This document shows, one piece after another, positions 1 through 12,283 of a stretch of DNA of 64,000 nt. The DNA comes from Octopus sinensis. Taxonomy: Eukaryota. The position numbers were made by a program, and so were the translations under genes. The notes below the pieces were generated by a model. That model worked only from the letters and a program-made list of their open reading frames with translations. It was not told where the DNA came from and made no database searches. Numbering within the stretch: the first letter of the stretch is position 1; each line of letters starts with the position of its first letter. Location: the NCBI RefSeq assembly GCF_006345805.1, contig NW_021832590.1, forward strand, positions 186,001 to 250,000. Direction: 5' to 3'.

Positions 1-655
1 GATCCTTACCGTTTCATCGTCAAGCAGAGTGCCAGATGAGGCGTTCGGGAATGCACAAAGCCAAGCTCCGCTAGCCGGGGATGCTGGCGACAGAAGGCAA
101 GCGCGGCGGTGCTGGTTGGACGACTCGAGCAGCAGATTGAAAGTTTGCTTGCATCTAATTCGATCCCAGGCTCGTTGAGACATATGATTTTCCGGAAAGT
201 CAAGACTATGTTCTCTTCAGACTTCGCTGAAATGAGCCACTTTTGTGTCCAAGGAAAATTCAGAAAAGGAGCGTAGAATTTCCATGACAAGTGTGTGGCT
301 CGCGGAGACGGAAGAGAGATAAGCAGGTAACGATAGGTCGGAACATGAGCGGATGCCGAGCCCTCCAAAAGATAACGGGAGGGTTGCCTGTCTCCAACCC
401 ATGTCGTCGAAAGGGGAATTGCATACGTTCTGAGTGCAAGTGCGGAAAAGGAGGTCAATGGCTGAAAGCCTCTCTGGAAAATCAAAGCACGGAGAAGAGC
501 GAAGCAAATAGGAGAGCTTTTGGATCGAAAAGCAATTCCGTAGGAGGAATAATGCAGTGTGCGAGTCCAGCTGTCTGATACGATCAAAAGATTCTTCGAG
601 GAAAAGTTCTTTTTTGCGTAGGGCCACATCGATAGAGTTGCCAGCGACCGGGGCT
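1..655 (-). mobile_element. CRE-clade non-LTR retrotransposon fragment (region downstream of RT), 5'-truncated, runs off the window start
   Basis: ORF 217-627 reads ...LLRNCFSIQKLSYLLRSSPC...WRQATLPLSFGGLGIRS..LSLPAYLSS, a motif typical of the CRE-type RT C-terminus. GC content is higher than the flanks. Confidence 0.7.
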
Positions 656-847
656 CCGAGATTAATATAATTAATAGTTAAAAAAAGATAAATTTCCTTT
701 TTTTACCACATCGCTTTTTTTCCATTATTTTTATTGGTCCCGTAAGTGACAATAAATAGATAAGTTGTGACTTGATATGATCTCCTCTAATGTTGGTTTC
801 CTAATACTCAATCTATCAGGTTCAACACAAAAGTGACATATAAAATA

Positions 848-2271
848 TCAAGGAATATCGTTAAAAAGAGAAGCAGAACTCTGTGCATCACCAATTTTAA
901 CCCAATGTCTATACACGTCGAAAGACGCATTATCAATGATTTGCCTCAACATCCTCGTCCGGTAGGGATCCCTCACCAATTCAGAATGAAGCAATCCCAG
1001 CCTTAGCAAGCCCGTAAACCGAACTACTGCCAACACAACCAATCCACATCTCTACACTCAAAAACCATCAAACACCTTAAAATGAGAAATTCTATGACTT
1101 CTCCCAATTCCCTGAGAAGAGGATCGAATAAACGGATGTTCCAGAGCCTCTGCTGCACTGATCCTTTCACGAGGATCAACAACCAGCAGTCGACTGATCT
1201 GTGCCTGAGTACACACAACTCATACAAAATCACGTGCAGTCTCACTCACAGCTGAATGGGACGGAAATTCATATTCTCCGTCCATAATTCGACAAATAAG
1301 ACTCATTTGAGGGTTCAGTCTCCGACGAGGACGGTGAGGGGATGCTTCCGAAGTGAAGGGAGGCTGTCCGAACAGTCTAGAAATAGTAACCAAACATCCC
1401 ACAGAGTATAACAAATCACACCACACGCCCATCTGGAGGGTTAAGAAGGGAGGAATACTAACAAATCGACTTGGAAGGAATATCCTTCAGGGTCATCGTC
1501 CATACTGCACCTGATCAGTTCGGGGGCCATGTACATTACAGTCCCACATGTCTCTGACATTAAAGCTTTGGGGATACCGAATAGTCGGTCCGTAGAAGAC
1601 AACATTTTGGCAAACCCAAAATCTGAGATCACCAATTCCAAATTATCATCAAGCAAAATGTTCTCCAACTGTCTGGTCTAAAAACACGATAACCTTCAAA
1701 TCCCTGTGAATAAGGCCAATCGAGTGCATATACTTAACCCCTCCCAATATTTGCTCCATAAAATTACTAAAAATATAAATTACAGTCAACCGAGTTCGTT
1801 TTTCCGAAAAAGTGACTTGCCGAGTGTGAAAGTCGAATAACTCTCCACCAGAACAGCTAAACTAATACTAAATGCCACACATACAGTTGTAGGACTATGT
1901 AGGCATATGTATCAGACTCAAAATAGTCCTCGAGTTGTACTACAATCAATCATCGGCTTACTTATGTGTGGGGCATTCTGACATTTTTTAAGGATTTTTA
2001 CTTCAGACAGGGCTGCTTGGCGGTAGTACTCTGATTCTTCTTTGTCGTGTCTTTCCATGCTCAAATCAACGATTTTTGCAGCAAAAAATCTCCCAGAGGA
2101 TCTTTCAAGTACTCGGATCACACTACTGCTTGCTCCACTAAGGAATATGAGGAGGTGGATTTACTATCCGAGAGTGTTCTTGATCTCGTATTTTGAGTGG
2201 AATGTCTTGGCTGCCTCACAATTGGGATTAAATTCAAAACCAAGGGACCTAGTCTCAGATATATTTTCCAT
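848..2271 (-). CDS. PHKG: Phosphorylase kinase gamma catalytic subunit; 11 exons, 10 GT-AG introns of 22-30 nt
   Basis: Spliced model: MENISETRSLG...TLGYGASSSV...AAKIVD...IHRDLKLENILLDDNLELVISDFG...ETCGTVMYMAPE...DLWACGVICYTLLFGQPPF...LVRDPYRTRMLRQIIDNASFDVYRHWVK...LFNDIP*. The C-terminus matches the PHKG calmodulin-binding tail. Example introns: 2138-2164, 1767-1790, 1554-1577. Confidence 0.92.
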
Positions 2272-2974
2272 TTTCTGGAGATCAACGAGGCATTAATTTA
2301 AAATTTATTTTTATTATCTAGCTAAGAATTTATTATTTAAAATAAAAAAACAACAAAATGAAATATTCGCGAAATCTAGTTATAACAGTAATTATATTAA
2401 TAGCAATGTAGCTTCGTTGCACCCTCAGACGGTTTTGTGATTTCATTTAGAGATTTTCTCACCGCTTTAACGTTTTTTTCTTTAACAGCAGTGAAGGATC
2501 AACGGGCTCAATAAAATTCAGTCCAGAAAATTGACCTTGCTTTTTTCTGTTGAGGCTGTCAACATTTTCGGAAAACTTTCTACCAAAATCGGAAAATTAA
2601 ACCCGTCAGAATGTTTTTTAAAATAAAATTCATTTTTTTGATTTCTCAAATGTGTTTAACTCAGTCCTCCTTAATAATTTCCTTGAAGTTGTTCACATTC
2701 ATTTCTTTCTTATATCCCATCCCCCACTCTCCTACTCCACCCCCAACTACTTTTTATTTAGGGATAGTATTATTTGATCTAATAATGGATTTTTTTATTT
2801 CGACAACGTCACTGTTTGGGAGAGCTCACATGACGTGGTTTGAGCGACTTTTCCAAGGTCATTTCCAGATTTATGGATTTATTTTTATTAATTAACTAAG
2901 AATATGTCTGAGGTAAGCAGGGTTAGCGAAAACATTTCTAATTTTAACAAATTTTTTTTGCTTTTTCTAGTAGC

Positions 2975-3115
2975 ATCAAAAACTTCCATTTATAAAGACC
3001 GAAGATCTTACTATTCTTGGTTCTCCAATTCACATGAAAGGAATCAAAATACTCCTTGTTAAAAAGAAACTCGTTCTGGATTGTATTCTCAATAGGATCT
3101 CCTCTCTGGAGGCTC
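2975..3115 (+). mobile_element. Degenerate CRE-like retrotransposon fragment
   Basis: IKTEDLTILGSPI...KKKLVLDCILNRISSLEA resembles the start of the 217-627 ORF. Confidence 0.4.
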
Positions 3116-3380
3116 AGTTGACTTTTTTTCTAAAAATTATTTTTTAGTCACTTTTCTGTTGCAATCGTTTGCTTTTTTGTTGTCTTTGAGGTTTTGTTTA
3201 GAATTGATGATGTAATTTCTTTTGGTCTTAGTTCTCTGCTGAATCTCCAATTGGAGATGGCCTTGTACGAACAGAACGGTTTTGTCGGTTGGAGGAATTG
3301 GTATCCAATGTCTAAAGACTTGGGTCTTTTGTTCTTACTGGCCTTTTTTACGATTCCCGCAATCTAATTGATGCAAAAGG

Positions 3381-3433
3381 TGTCAAAATTGAACATCGCA
3401 TTGTCAAAATTGATATAAAATTGTCAAAATTGA
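3381..3433. repeat. Three exact copies of TGTCAAAATTGA spaced 21 and 20 nt apart
   Basis: Copies at 3381-3392, 3402-3413 and 3422-3433. Confidence 0.85.
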
Positions 3434-3689
3434 ACAGAAAATGGTATAGTCAATCAATGATTTTAGTTCTTTTGGTCATCTGGATCGGGATTTGCCTTCG
3501 TCTGGCCCTTAAGATGAACCAGTCTCATGACTGTCGATAAGGGAAAATTGTCGATTCTTAGTGTTTTCACCCTATCTATTGAAACTGAAACGGGTAGATT
3601 TCCCAGGCACTCCACATATAACGGCATTATCACGAAAGCCTTAGATTCAGAAGGCTTTGATTCTAATTTAGAGTTTTCGAGTTTCAATG

Positions 3690-3900
3690 GGAAAAAAAAC
3701 CCAGAAATGATGAGGCTATTTCCTTTTAAACAAAACAAATATCTCGTCTGGGATATCACCTGTATGGGAACTTTGAAAATCTAATCTAGTAAAATCTGCC
3801 TATTCTCAGCGAGAGTGAAAACTTCTGGTTGACACTTATGCCAGTAGAGACCAGCAGGTTGTTTCAGTTTGTCTCTTTGGAATTGTAGCTGAAACTGCAC
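3690..3900 (+). mobile_element. Degenerate CRE-like restriction-like endonuclease fragment
   Basis: NGKKNPEMMRLFPFKQNKYLVWDITC parallels DGKRPDGSTLFPFKGGLALVWDVTC at 11124-11558. Confidence 0.5.
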
Positions 3901-4101
3901 TGCAATTCGCTGAGCCTAAAAATTCTCGCTTAACTTATCCATTAATTTTTTTGAATAGTATCTTTAAATTAAAAAAAATATATTTTACGAGCTTTTTTAG
4001 ACAAGTTGGTTTCAATAAAATTAAAAAAAGTATTTTTATCTATAATTATTAAGAAATTAATTCGTATTAATGCAATCAAGAAAGAATTAGTATTTTTTAA
4101 A

Positions 4102-4580
4102 TTAGTGACCGACGATTTTACAACCAGGAATGTCGTAGCCAATAAGTGATTTACGTCCGATTACTTCACCCACAAAAAACCAGCAAATAACTTCAAGGAA
4201 AACTAAAAATCCAACAAAAAATTGGGTGACGGTCAACTCCTTGTACTGCCCAGATCTCATATAAAAGACAAATTCTGACAATTCTTTTCCAAATCTAGAA
4301 ATTTCTGAAAAGTTTGGAGGTCTTAGCTCTGTCCTGGCACAATTCCATGAGTTTGTAATTTTCGGAGACCTCAAAACGCCAATTACCGCCCTCCCTAGTT
4401 TACTGTCAAGTGTTGGTTTGAGAGCCTCAGTTGCAACTGCCTGAACTTTTTGTACGCCGGCACATGCCAGAGTAAGAGATTTGGTGGCTATTGGCTTAAG
4501 AAAGGCAGTGCTTCGCTGAGTGATAGTCCGTAGAACAGATGTCTACATTGATGTTAAAGTGGCACACAAGAACAAACCAT
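4102..4580 (-). CDS. ATP5MG: Mitochondrial ATP synthase subunit g; one 35-nt intron (4543-4577) directly after the ATG
   Basis: ATG|GTTTGT...TGTAG|ACA gives MTSVLRTITQ...ARTELRPPNFSEI...SGQYKELTV...EVICWFFVGEVIGRKSLIGYDI. This contains the subunit-g ELxPP and WFFVGExIG(R/K)xxxxGY motifs. Confidence 0.9.
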
Positions 4581-4651
4581 GAAACTATTATTAATTATAT
4601 TTATTTCAAGGCAGAAAATTAAATAAAGTCAAAATCAAAAAATTAATTTAT

Positions 4652-4722
4652 AATTTTGAAAGTTTTACTTTTGGAATTATTAATTGATTTTTCTCTTTCT
4701 TGAATCATTTTTTTGTTTTTAT
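4652..4722 (-). repeat. 71-bp ungapped copy of the NK2 coding segment at 6604-6674
   Basis: 63 of 71 positions are identical. It translates as [22 protein letters not shown] versus [22 protein letters not shown] in NK2. Confidence 0.85.
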
Positions 4723-4777
4723 CAAAAAATTTACAATACACTGCATAATCGACGATTAGTGTAGTAGATTTCGGGAA

Positions 4778-5202
4778 AGGTGAAACAGGAATTAAAATAT
4801 TTGGAGAAGAGAATTTTGAAAAGCGATTTAACTAAAATTATTAATATGGAATATAAAAATATCTCTCCTGAATATTATTTGTTTTTTCAAAACTATCAGG
4901 CATCCTCAGCATATATTGAAAGATGCTTTTTGCAATTCAGGAGTTTCTTGAGGTCAAATAGAAACTTTAATACCCAAAATTCTGAAAATTACGTTAAATT
5001 TTTAATAAATAGTTTTTTAAAATAACTTTTTCCTTCTATTGTCTCGTATAAAAGTTTAAACTGAGAACCTTTCAAGTTTAAGTTGAGAAAAAATAAATTT
5101 AACTTTTTTAATTTTAAAGTTACAAATTTGGGTTTACAGGTTAATAAAGTTAACTTTTTAATGATAATTTTTTAATTTTTAAGGCTAAAAATGTTCGTCC
5201 TA
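4778..5202 (+). mobile_element. 3' terminal fragment of a TAGGG-ended hAT, same family as 38928-42299
   Basis: ORF 4780-5025 (SSAYIERCFLQFRSFLRSNRNF) aligns with ORF 39091-39360. Subterminal TTAACY repeats are present, and the terminus AATGTTCGTCCTA resembles AATGTTGGCCCTA. Confidence 0.75.
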
Positions 5203-6564
5203 ATGATAAGACAATGAAAAGGATATAAAATATAGATTTAATAGATTGAAACAATTTAATAAGATGTATATACCAAATTGAAACATTGAGAAATCAACAA
5301 CGTGCAACAGGAACAAAATTTTGACTATATTAACTAACGTTTAATGTGGCTTTTCTCATAGGGCATGTTTCTACTTTCGAATGCTTTTTGGGTTATCTAA
5401 AAGAATTTCTAACAGAGAGCTGCTCGTAAAACTGACATCTCAATATGTATGTTCTATCTAAATATAGAACATTTATAGTGGTTGAGTGTAAGTCGGTTAT
5501 TATCATTTTTTTCAATATCGGTTTTACGATCAGCCAAATTGAAGCAAGCCAACAAACTTTAGAAAATAGTCCGGAAACTAATACATTTTATAGGCTAAGA
5601 CGACATGTATAAACAGATAGAAAACATACAGTTTTGAATTCGTGAATTTTGTAGTTACCAAATAAATACAGAATTTTTTCTAAAATGTATTTGTTTTTTG
5701 TTTCTACTTAAATACAAGTTTGCAAATAAAAAACGTGGATTTTGGAGGTTTCTTCGATATATAACATTCATGTCAAAAAATTCAAATTAAATGTTATTTT
5801 TGAATTAAACAAGGTCGATATTTACTTTAAAAATGTTAGAAATTAATATTATTTAAGTGCATTACGGCCTTGTTACTCAATTAACTTTTATACAATAAAG
5901 CAGCATGTTTTTTTAGATTATAAAATAAAAAAAACCAATTAATTTATCGCCTAACTAAGTACAGAGCCTTTGAAGTGAACAGAGGATTACACTCCGTGCA
6001 CCTCCTTCCCTTTTTCATCCTTTTCTCTGGCACTATAGACTTTGGAGAAGGTGCAGTCCAGCGCCTCTTGCTGAAAAAATGGCTGAAAGGACGAGATCGT
6101 CTATCATCAAACGAGATACTCACCAGAGTTCTTTAAAGAACAGTTGACTGCATATAAGCTTTATCTACAACTAACTGTCTTAAATACCCCTTGTGGTCAA
6201 TTTTCGACAAAAAGAAACGCGTTTATGTCAAGTAGCCAGATCTAATACAGATTATTTTCAACAGGATTGATTATAACAGCCTCGGATAATGCTGAAATTG
6301 ATTCGCACCTGCACATTGATTTCACAAATCAGCAAAAGCATCTTCAAAGTCTAAAATTCTATCTCAATAAATCTCCTTATAAGATTATAATATGTCTGTA
6401 ATAAACTTTGTTGACCGGATAAAATATAAAATCACCAATTATTATATTTTTGTATATATTCTATAGTTTCGTAGTCTAATTCGTGGCTTATTTTGAGCGA
6501 CTCTGGCATCTTAAACTCCTCAATCTCCCTTGACGAGTCTTTTACTTCGAAAGACGATTCGACC

Positions 6565-7405
6565 TCAGTTTTTAAGAGGAAATTGTCTTCTGTATCTTAT
6601 GGTTATTTTAAAATTTTTACTTTTGGAATCGTCGATTGATTTTTCTCTTTCTTGAATCATTTTTTTGTGTTTATAGCGATGATTTTGGAACCATATTTTT
6701 ATTTGAGTTGGAGTCAGGTTGATTTTCCGTGCGAATTCGTCTCTTTCGGTAGCCGACAGATATCTCTGGACTTTAAATCGGTTTTCAAGTTCTGAATTTT
6801 GAGCAGGAGTGAACAAATTGCGTCGCTTTCGTTTGTGTGTTGGTAACTGAGTAGTTGGGTCGTAAAAAAAGGTTTCGTTATTCCCATGACTAGCAAAATC
6901 TACGAAATATACATTTCCAAAACTACCCGCATAAGTTGCCGGGAAGCCCATAAAACCGGTTCTTTGTGGAAGTCTAGCTTCGGAATCTACGCTAGATTAG
7001 TAAAATCATACATGTTCTCCATGGTTCAAAGAAATAGTTTTGAGCGTAAACATTAGTCCCTCGTGGCCCGTAGTATGGGACGTTGATATCATTGTAGTAG
7101 GTATTTCCCATGTTGAACGAAGGGTAATAATTGGATAACAAATTTGCTGGATTTCCTGGATTTGTTGGATATTCTAAGCGGAGCTGGCTTGGAGTGGATT
7201 GTAAGAGCGGAGGGTAGCATAATGCATTTGTCGAACTTTGAAATCCACTTTCAAGGAAATGCGAGTGGTTTGAAGTGTCGTTGTCTTTGTTTGAATCATT
7301 TGGATTTGAGTAGTACATGTTTCGAGGACTTATAGACATTATATCTTGAGACCTCTCGTCAGCCACTCGGAATACTCTGTATTGTTAGACATCGAAATAC
7401 GGCAT
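6565..7405 (-). CDS. NKX2: NK2-class homeobox transcription factor (NK2.1/NK2.2 type); introns 7377-7400 (24 nt) and 6987-7011 (25 nt)
   Basis: Homeodomain [55 protein letters not shown] has His52 and the NK2-diagnostic Tyr54. The two micro-introns join ATG 7405 to ORFs 6992-7366 and 6565-6951 in frame; the start exon is less certain. Confidence 0.88.
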
Positions 7406-9289
7406 TTTAATACTGAGGAAAAAGCGCTACATGGACGTTACTCACGATTTTCAATATTTTCTGTCCAGCGTGTTCCATCAAGATTTGTGGATAATTTCTG
7501 ACTAGTCTCTTCTTTCTTCTTTGAGTATTTTAATGGATTATAACTTATTCAATGATTCCTTGTTTTGGGGTTGACAAATTGCATCTTAGTTGTCACTGAG
7601 GCTACTTCTGTCATTCGCTGAGATGACCTGTGGAGACAGGTTAGTGGTTTAAAATAAATCATTTCAGGAATAAAAACTCGTATAATTAAGTAAACTAAAT
7701 TTTTTTAATGATTTTTGCTTTAATCATCATCCCAAGGACTTTAACTAATAGCAAACTAATTTCGATGAAAAATTTTTTTTAACGAGCTTGCTTGTACTCA
7801 AACAAGATTATTTGAATTGAGCTCTTTTAATCTAAAAAATAAATTTTTGGACACTACAAATTTAACTCATTTGGTTCTGCTGTAAAATCCAAATAAACTG
7901 TAATTTTATGGAAAAATTGAATTGAAATTTTTTAAATTTGTAAATATTGAATTTTTTTTAAGTAGCTAAGACAGCTCTTCACCAAACTTGAAGTTATAAT
8001 AAGTGGATCTGATCAACAGTATGCTGCCTAATTGATTTTTTCCCAAGATGGCTGATTAACTGGTTGTTGGTGACTTTTGAGCTTAATACAAAAGAATAAA
8101 CACTCTTAAGTTTAAAACAATATTTTTGTTATAGACACGTGTCAGACATCCAAATTTCGATTTTAATATTCAATTTTAACTGTTACATAAACCAGGAAAT
8201 ATTTTTTATTTTTATTAGGCTTACATATCGTGGTAAATTTACGACTGATGCAATTTATGAAATTTCTGAATTATTCACGACCAAAAATCAAATGGAAAAA
8301 ATAATTCAGATATGGTCAAAAAACTTATTTTTAGTTAACCGAGAGTAATGCCGGGAGCAAATATCATTGATAAAAAATCTTTATCCACGTTTCAAATACA
8401 TAAAAAAATATCTTTAATTAAAAAAATACAAAAAACTATTAAAAAGTTAAAAATCTAAATCAAAATACATTTTCTGCGCACTAAATTTTCTGTATAATTC
8501 GTGCAAAAATCCTACAGATCAGATAAAAATATTGCGCGTTAGGAAATGGCATTTTACATTCTCTAAAAAATAATTGAAATTTTTGCGCAGTTTTTCCACA
8601 ATTATCGCATAATCATAAATGTGCAAAATAAAATATTGTGGTGTTACATATTTGATTTCTTATTTTAACGTTTAATCAATACTTAAAATAATTTTTACCA
8701 CATTTTCACGACTTGTCAATTGTTGGTATCATCTTGTCATTAACAATTTTAACATTTTGTCAATTATTTTCAGCATATATGTCATTTAATATATTATTTA
8801 CAGACGTATTAAAAAAATTTCGTTTTAATTTCTTTTACCTGAATACCTTTTTTAAAACCTGCCCTTTGAATACTTTCTACTTTCTTATTAATATTCAAAA
8901 CGTTTTTCATTTTAATAGATTTAGAAATGGAAAAGAATTAAATTATTTAAACAAAGTTACGGTCAATGAATTATAAATTTAGATTGCTCAATTTTTTAAG
9001 ATATTCACTTGGTAATTTTTTAATATTTTAATTTTTTAATCAATAAATAAGTTATTTAAATGATATTAATTTTTTACTTCTTCCAATGGGTCCATCAATA
9101 GTTTTAAAAATTCAATACGAATTGAAAATTTTTCTATAATCAGCACCAAAAAACCTAAGTGTTTTGTCTACTTGCATTGTGGATGTTTTTAATTCGATTA
9201 TCTAATTATTTAAAGATTGGAATTCAAAATTTTTAAATGGCAACATTTAAAAATTTGTTAAAAGAATTTTTCAATAAATAAGAATCCTT

Positions 9290-10050
9290 CGTATTTTATG
9301 TCACCGGCTGGTTACCAAAGATGAACTTGAAGTAATCAAAAATATTCAAATAGATGTTTTTATATTGACCGATTTCAGAAATCTGAAAAAAAGATACAGA
9401 AAATTAGCAGAACAGTTAATTTTCGAGGAGGAAGAGATAGTATACATAAAATACAAAAACCAGAGGTTACGCTTTTTCCCAAAGAAGAAAAGGAACTTAA
9501 ACTAAAAACTATCGAGGTGATCGTTACATAATTATTATAGATTGAACATATGAGGACACATTTTGGAAGAGATAAGTTGCTTTCGATATTGAGAAAGGAA
9601 ATTTATGCAGTAACCCGAGACGAAATTACTGCTGTGATCTCAAAATGCGTTCACTGTCAGGTGCATATGTATTGAATTATTTTTAGTCAAAAAAGTTGAT
9701 GGCGACTAAGCCAACAATCACTCCTATTATTGCAAAAGGGCCTAAAGATCGCTATATTGCAGATTTAGTGGATTTAAAAAGGTATGCTAGCCTTAATAGC
9801 GATAATGGATGGGTATTTTTTTGTATAAATTGTAGTTGGTTGTGGTTATAGACTCATTTTCTAAATTTGCAGTTGTAAAACTTGCCAAGCGGAAATCAGC
9901 GGAGGAAATTAATAGAAGATTAAAGAATATTTTTTACATGATTGGTCATACATTTATTCTACAGACGGTTATTTTCTGTCCAATGGGAAAGATTTTAAGA
10001 ACAAATGTATGAAAACAATTGTAATGATTTGAAAATCATAGACATAAGTG
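9290..10050 (+). mobile_element. Decayed retroviral-like integrase (Ginger2/TDD-like) with spliceosomal micro-introns
   Basis: After removing GT-AG introns 9517-9540, 9661-9686 and 9813-9835 it reads IEHMRTHFGRDK...CVHCQ (HHCC zinc finger), KGPKDRYIADLVDL, WLVVVIDSFSKFAVV and NGKDF. There is a frameshift near 9475, and no RT, RNase H or LTR alongside. Confidence 0.72.
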
Positions 10051-10267
10051 GACTCTAAGATCTGAATGACGAATCATCCAAACATGTACACAAAAGTCGT
10101 ATAAAAAATATGACTCTTATAAAAAATTTTTATATAATAAAAATTCATGAATTTTTAATATTTGTTTTTAAATGGTAGACCTAAAAAATTGTATAATTAT
10201 AATTTTTTTTTTATCCTGAAATGTTTTTATTTCTTAAAAGAAAACAGAGAGTAATTATAATAAAATA

Positions 10268-11560
10268 CGTGCCGCCTTGAATGATATTGTCAAGCGCGCG
10301 CTCAACGCCGCTGGATTCCCTTCGGTCCTAGAGCCGGTTGGTTTAGACCAGGGGTTCTCAACCTTTTTAGCTCAAGGGCCAAATCGATAATTAAGATTAG
10401 CTTCGCGGGCCGCACAAAAAATATTTTTATATTTTCCAAGCCGGTAACTCGCTTGCAATCCGAAGTGCAGCCACTGCTGATGCGTAATGAGTTTTTTGGA
10501 CTCTTTTTTCTTTTTTTTTAATTTCCATTTCCTTTATAAAGAAATAAAAGTTAAAAAATCTACAAAAGGCGTTGTAACTAAAAAGAAAGTATTATTTGTT
10601 TATTAAGTTTTTGAAATCCGGAATAAGTAAAGTCGAAGAAGTTCGTAAAAGCTGACTCGAGTGATTATCCGTGAGTTTGTTACGATATTTATTTTTATTC
10701 GAATCATTTTACTAAATATTGATTCGCATAAATATGTAGATCCAAACATTGATGTAATATATGCATTGTGGTTATATTTTTGAATTTGTCTTGAGGAATT
10801 AATTCGTAAAAATTAATAATGGACGCATTTTTGAACAATGCCGCCAGTTCTATATCATGTTGTAAATTAATGAGTTCTAGTTGAAACTTTGCAGGCGCAT
10901 CCTTAATTTCCATGCTGAATAGAGTTGCGAATATTTTCATTAAAGGAAGGAATTCTTTAAAATTCTAAAAATTAAATTTATATAAATGTACCCCAAAACG
11001 TGCTTCAAATTGATTAATTAAATCACCAATTATGGATATGTTTAACCTTAAGAATAAACATTATTAAAAAATTAAAAAAGTTAGTTACTCTAGAGGGGCC
11101 GCAAAAAAAATCCTGGGGGCCACATGCGGCCCCGGGGGCCGCATTTGAGAACCGCTGGTTTAGACCGTGGCGACGGAAAACGTCCCGACGGGTCCACGCT
11201 ATTCCCGTTCAAGGGGGGACTCGCTCTCGTTTGGGACGTGACCTGTGTCGACTCGTTTTCCTCGTCATCTCTCATGGACTCTGCCTCCCGCCCTGGCTCA
11301 GCCTCCGCACATGCCGAAACAAAAAAAATAACAAAGTATGCCTCATTGGAGAACACCTGCCTTTTCGTCCCCCTGGCTTTCGAAACGAGCGGGATAATCG
11401 GCCCAAAAGCTCTTGAGTTCCTTTCGGAAATCGGCTTGATGATCTCAAGGAAGAGTCACGAGAGACGTGAGTCTAGTTGGCTTTTTCAGCGCATTTCGCT
11501 CGCGATATTGCGCGGAAACTGCCTATCTATTCGCGCATCCTCTCAATCAAAGAATTAACA
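10268..11560 (+). mobile_element. 3' end of a CRE-clade LINE (restriction-like endonuclease), split by a hAT insertion
   Basis: Removing 10349-11157 and one TSD restores [34 protein letters not shown]...VWDVTCVD...FVPLAFETSG...LFQRISLAILRGN. Confidence 0.85.
10349..11157 (-). mobile_element. Non-autonomous hAT (Buster/Charlie type) deletion derivative
   Basis: TIRs CAGGGGTTCTCAA and CAGCGGTTCTCAA. 8-bp TSD GTTTAGAC (10341-10348 and 11158-11165) fits nnnTAnnn. The transposase C-terminus (FQLELINLQHD) contains a 27-nt intron at 10965-10991. Confidence 0.92.
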
Positions 11561-12283
11561 TCATTAATTTACTTAATTAACAATTATTTTAGTTTAATAA
11601 AAAAAATGAAAAAAAAAATAAAAAAAATAAAATACGTTATTGATTCGGAAAAATTGGTGATGCCGGTTTTTGCCGACTCTTGGAAAAATTCATTTAATCA
11701 AAAAATTGATAAAAAATTGAATAAATCGACTTAATTCCATTATCAAGCTATTTTTAATTAATTTTTTTAGAAGAACAAATATAATTCCCAAAAGGTGAAA
11801 AAGTTAACACGAGTTTATAAAGAGCCTAGAGGTCAGCTCAAAAAAATCACATAGAGTTAATTCGGAGTAATTAATCAAGTCATTGTTTTAACTAGCGGAA
11901 TGGAACAAGGGTTTTAGAACTAAAAGTCATATAAAGGGGAGTTCTCAAAGAAAAATTGTCATCTCAAAAAGTGAAATGTATGTCCAAATGAGCGTCCTTT
12001 TATTGTAGACCTCACGAAGTCTTGTTAATAGCCGAAACGAGAATCCAAAAAAATAAATTTTGTGGTTTACTATTATTATTTACAACAAAATAAAATATTT
12101 TTTTCACTTTCTTCTAGTTGATCGTCACCATTTTTATCATTTTCTAAACTGGAAATTATGTCGAACGTCAACATTGAATTTGTAGTTTCTTTAAAATATT
12201 TTTAAACTTTTTAGGCTATTTTAGCAAATAAATCAAAAATTAATTAATTCCTTAAAAATCCATAATTATGAATTAAATGAAGT

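Noticed and set aside
8139-8600. MULE-like N-terminal ORF and a small imperfect inverted repeat
   Set aside because: The similarity is too weak and no TSD was found.
9945-9964. A fourth, 20-nt intron in the integrase
   Set aside because: The unspliced reading IGHTFILQT fits the integrase motif better; the region is simply decayed.
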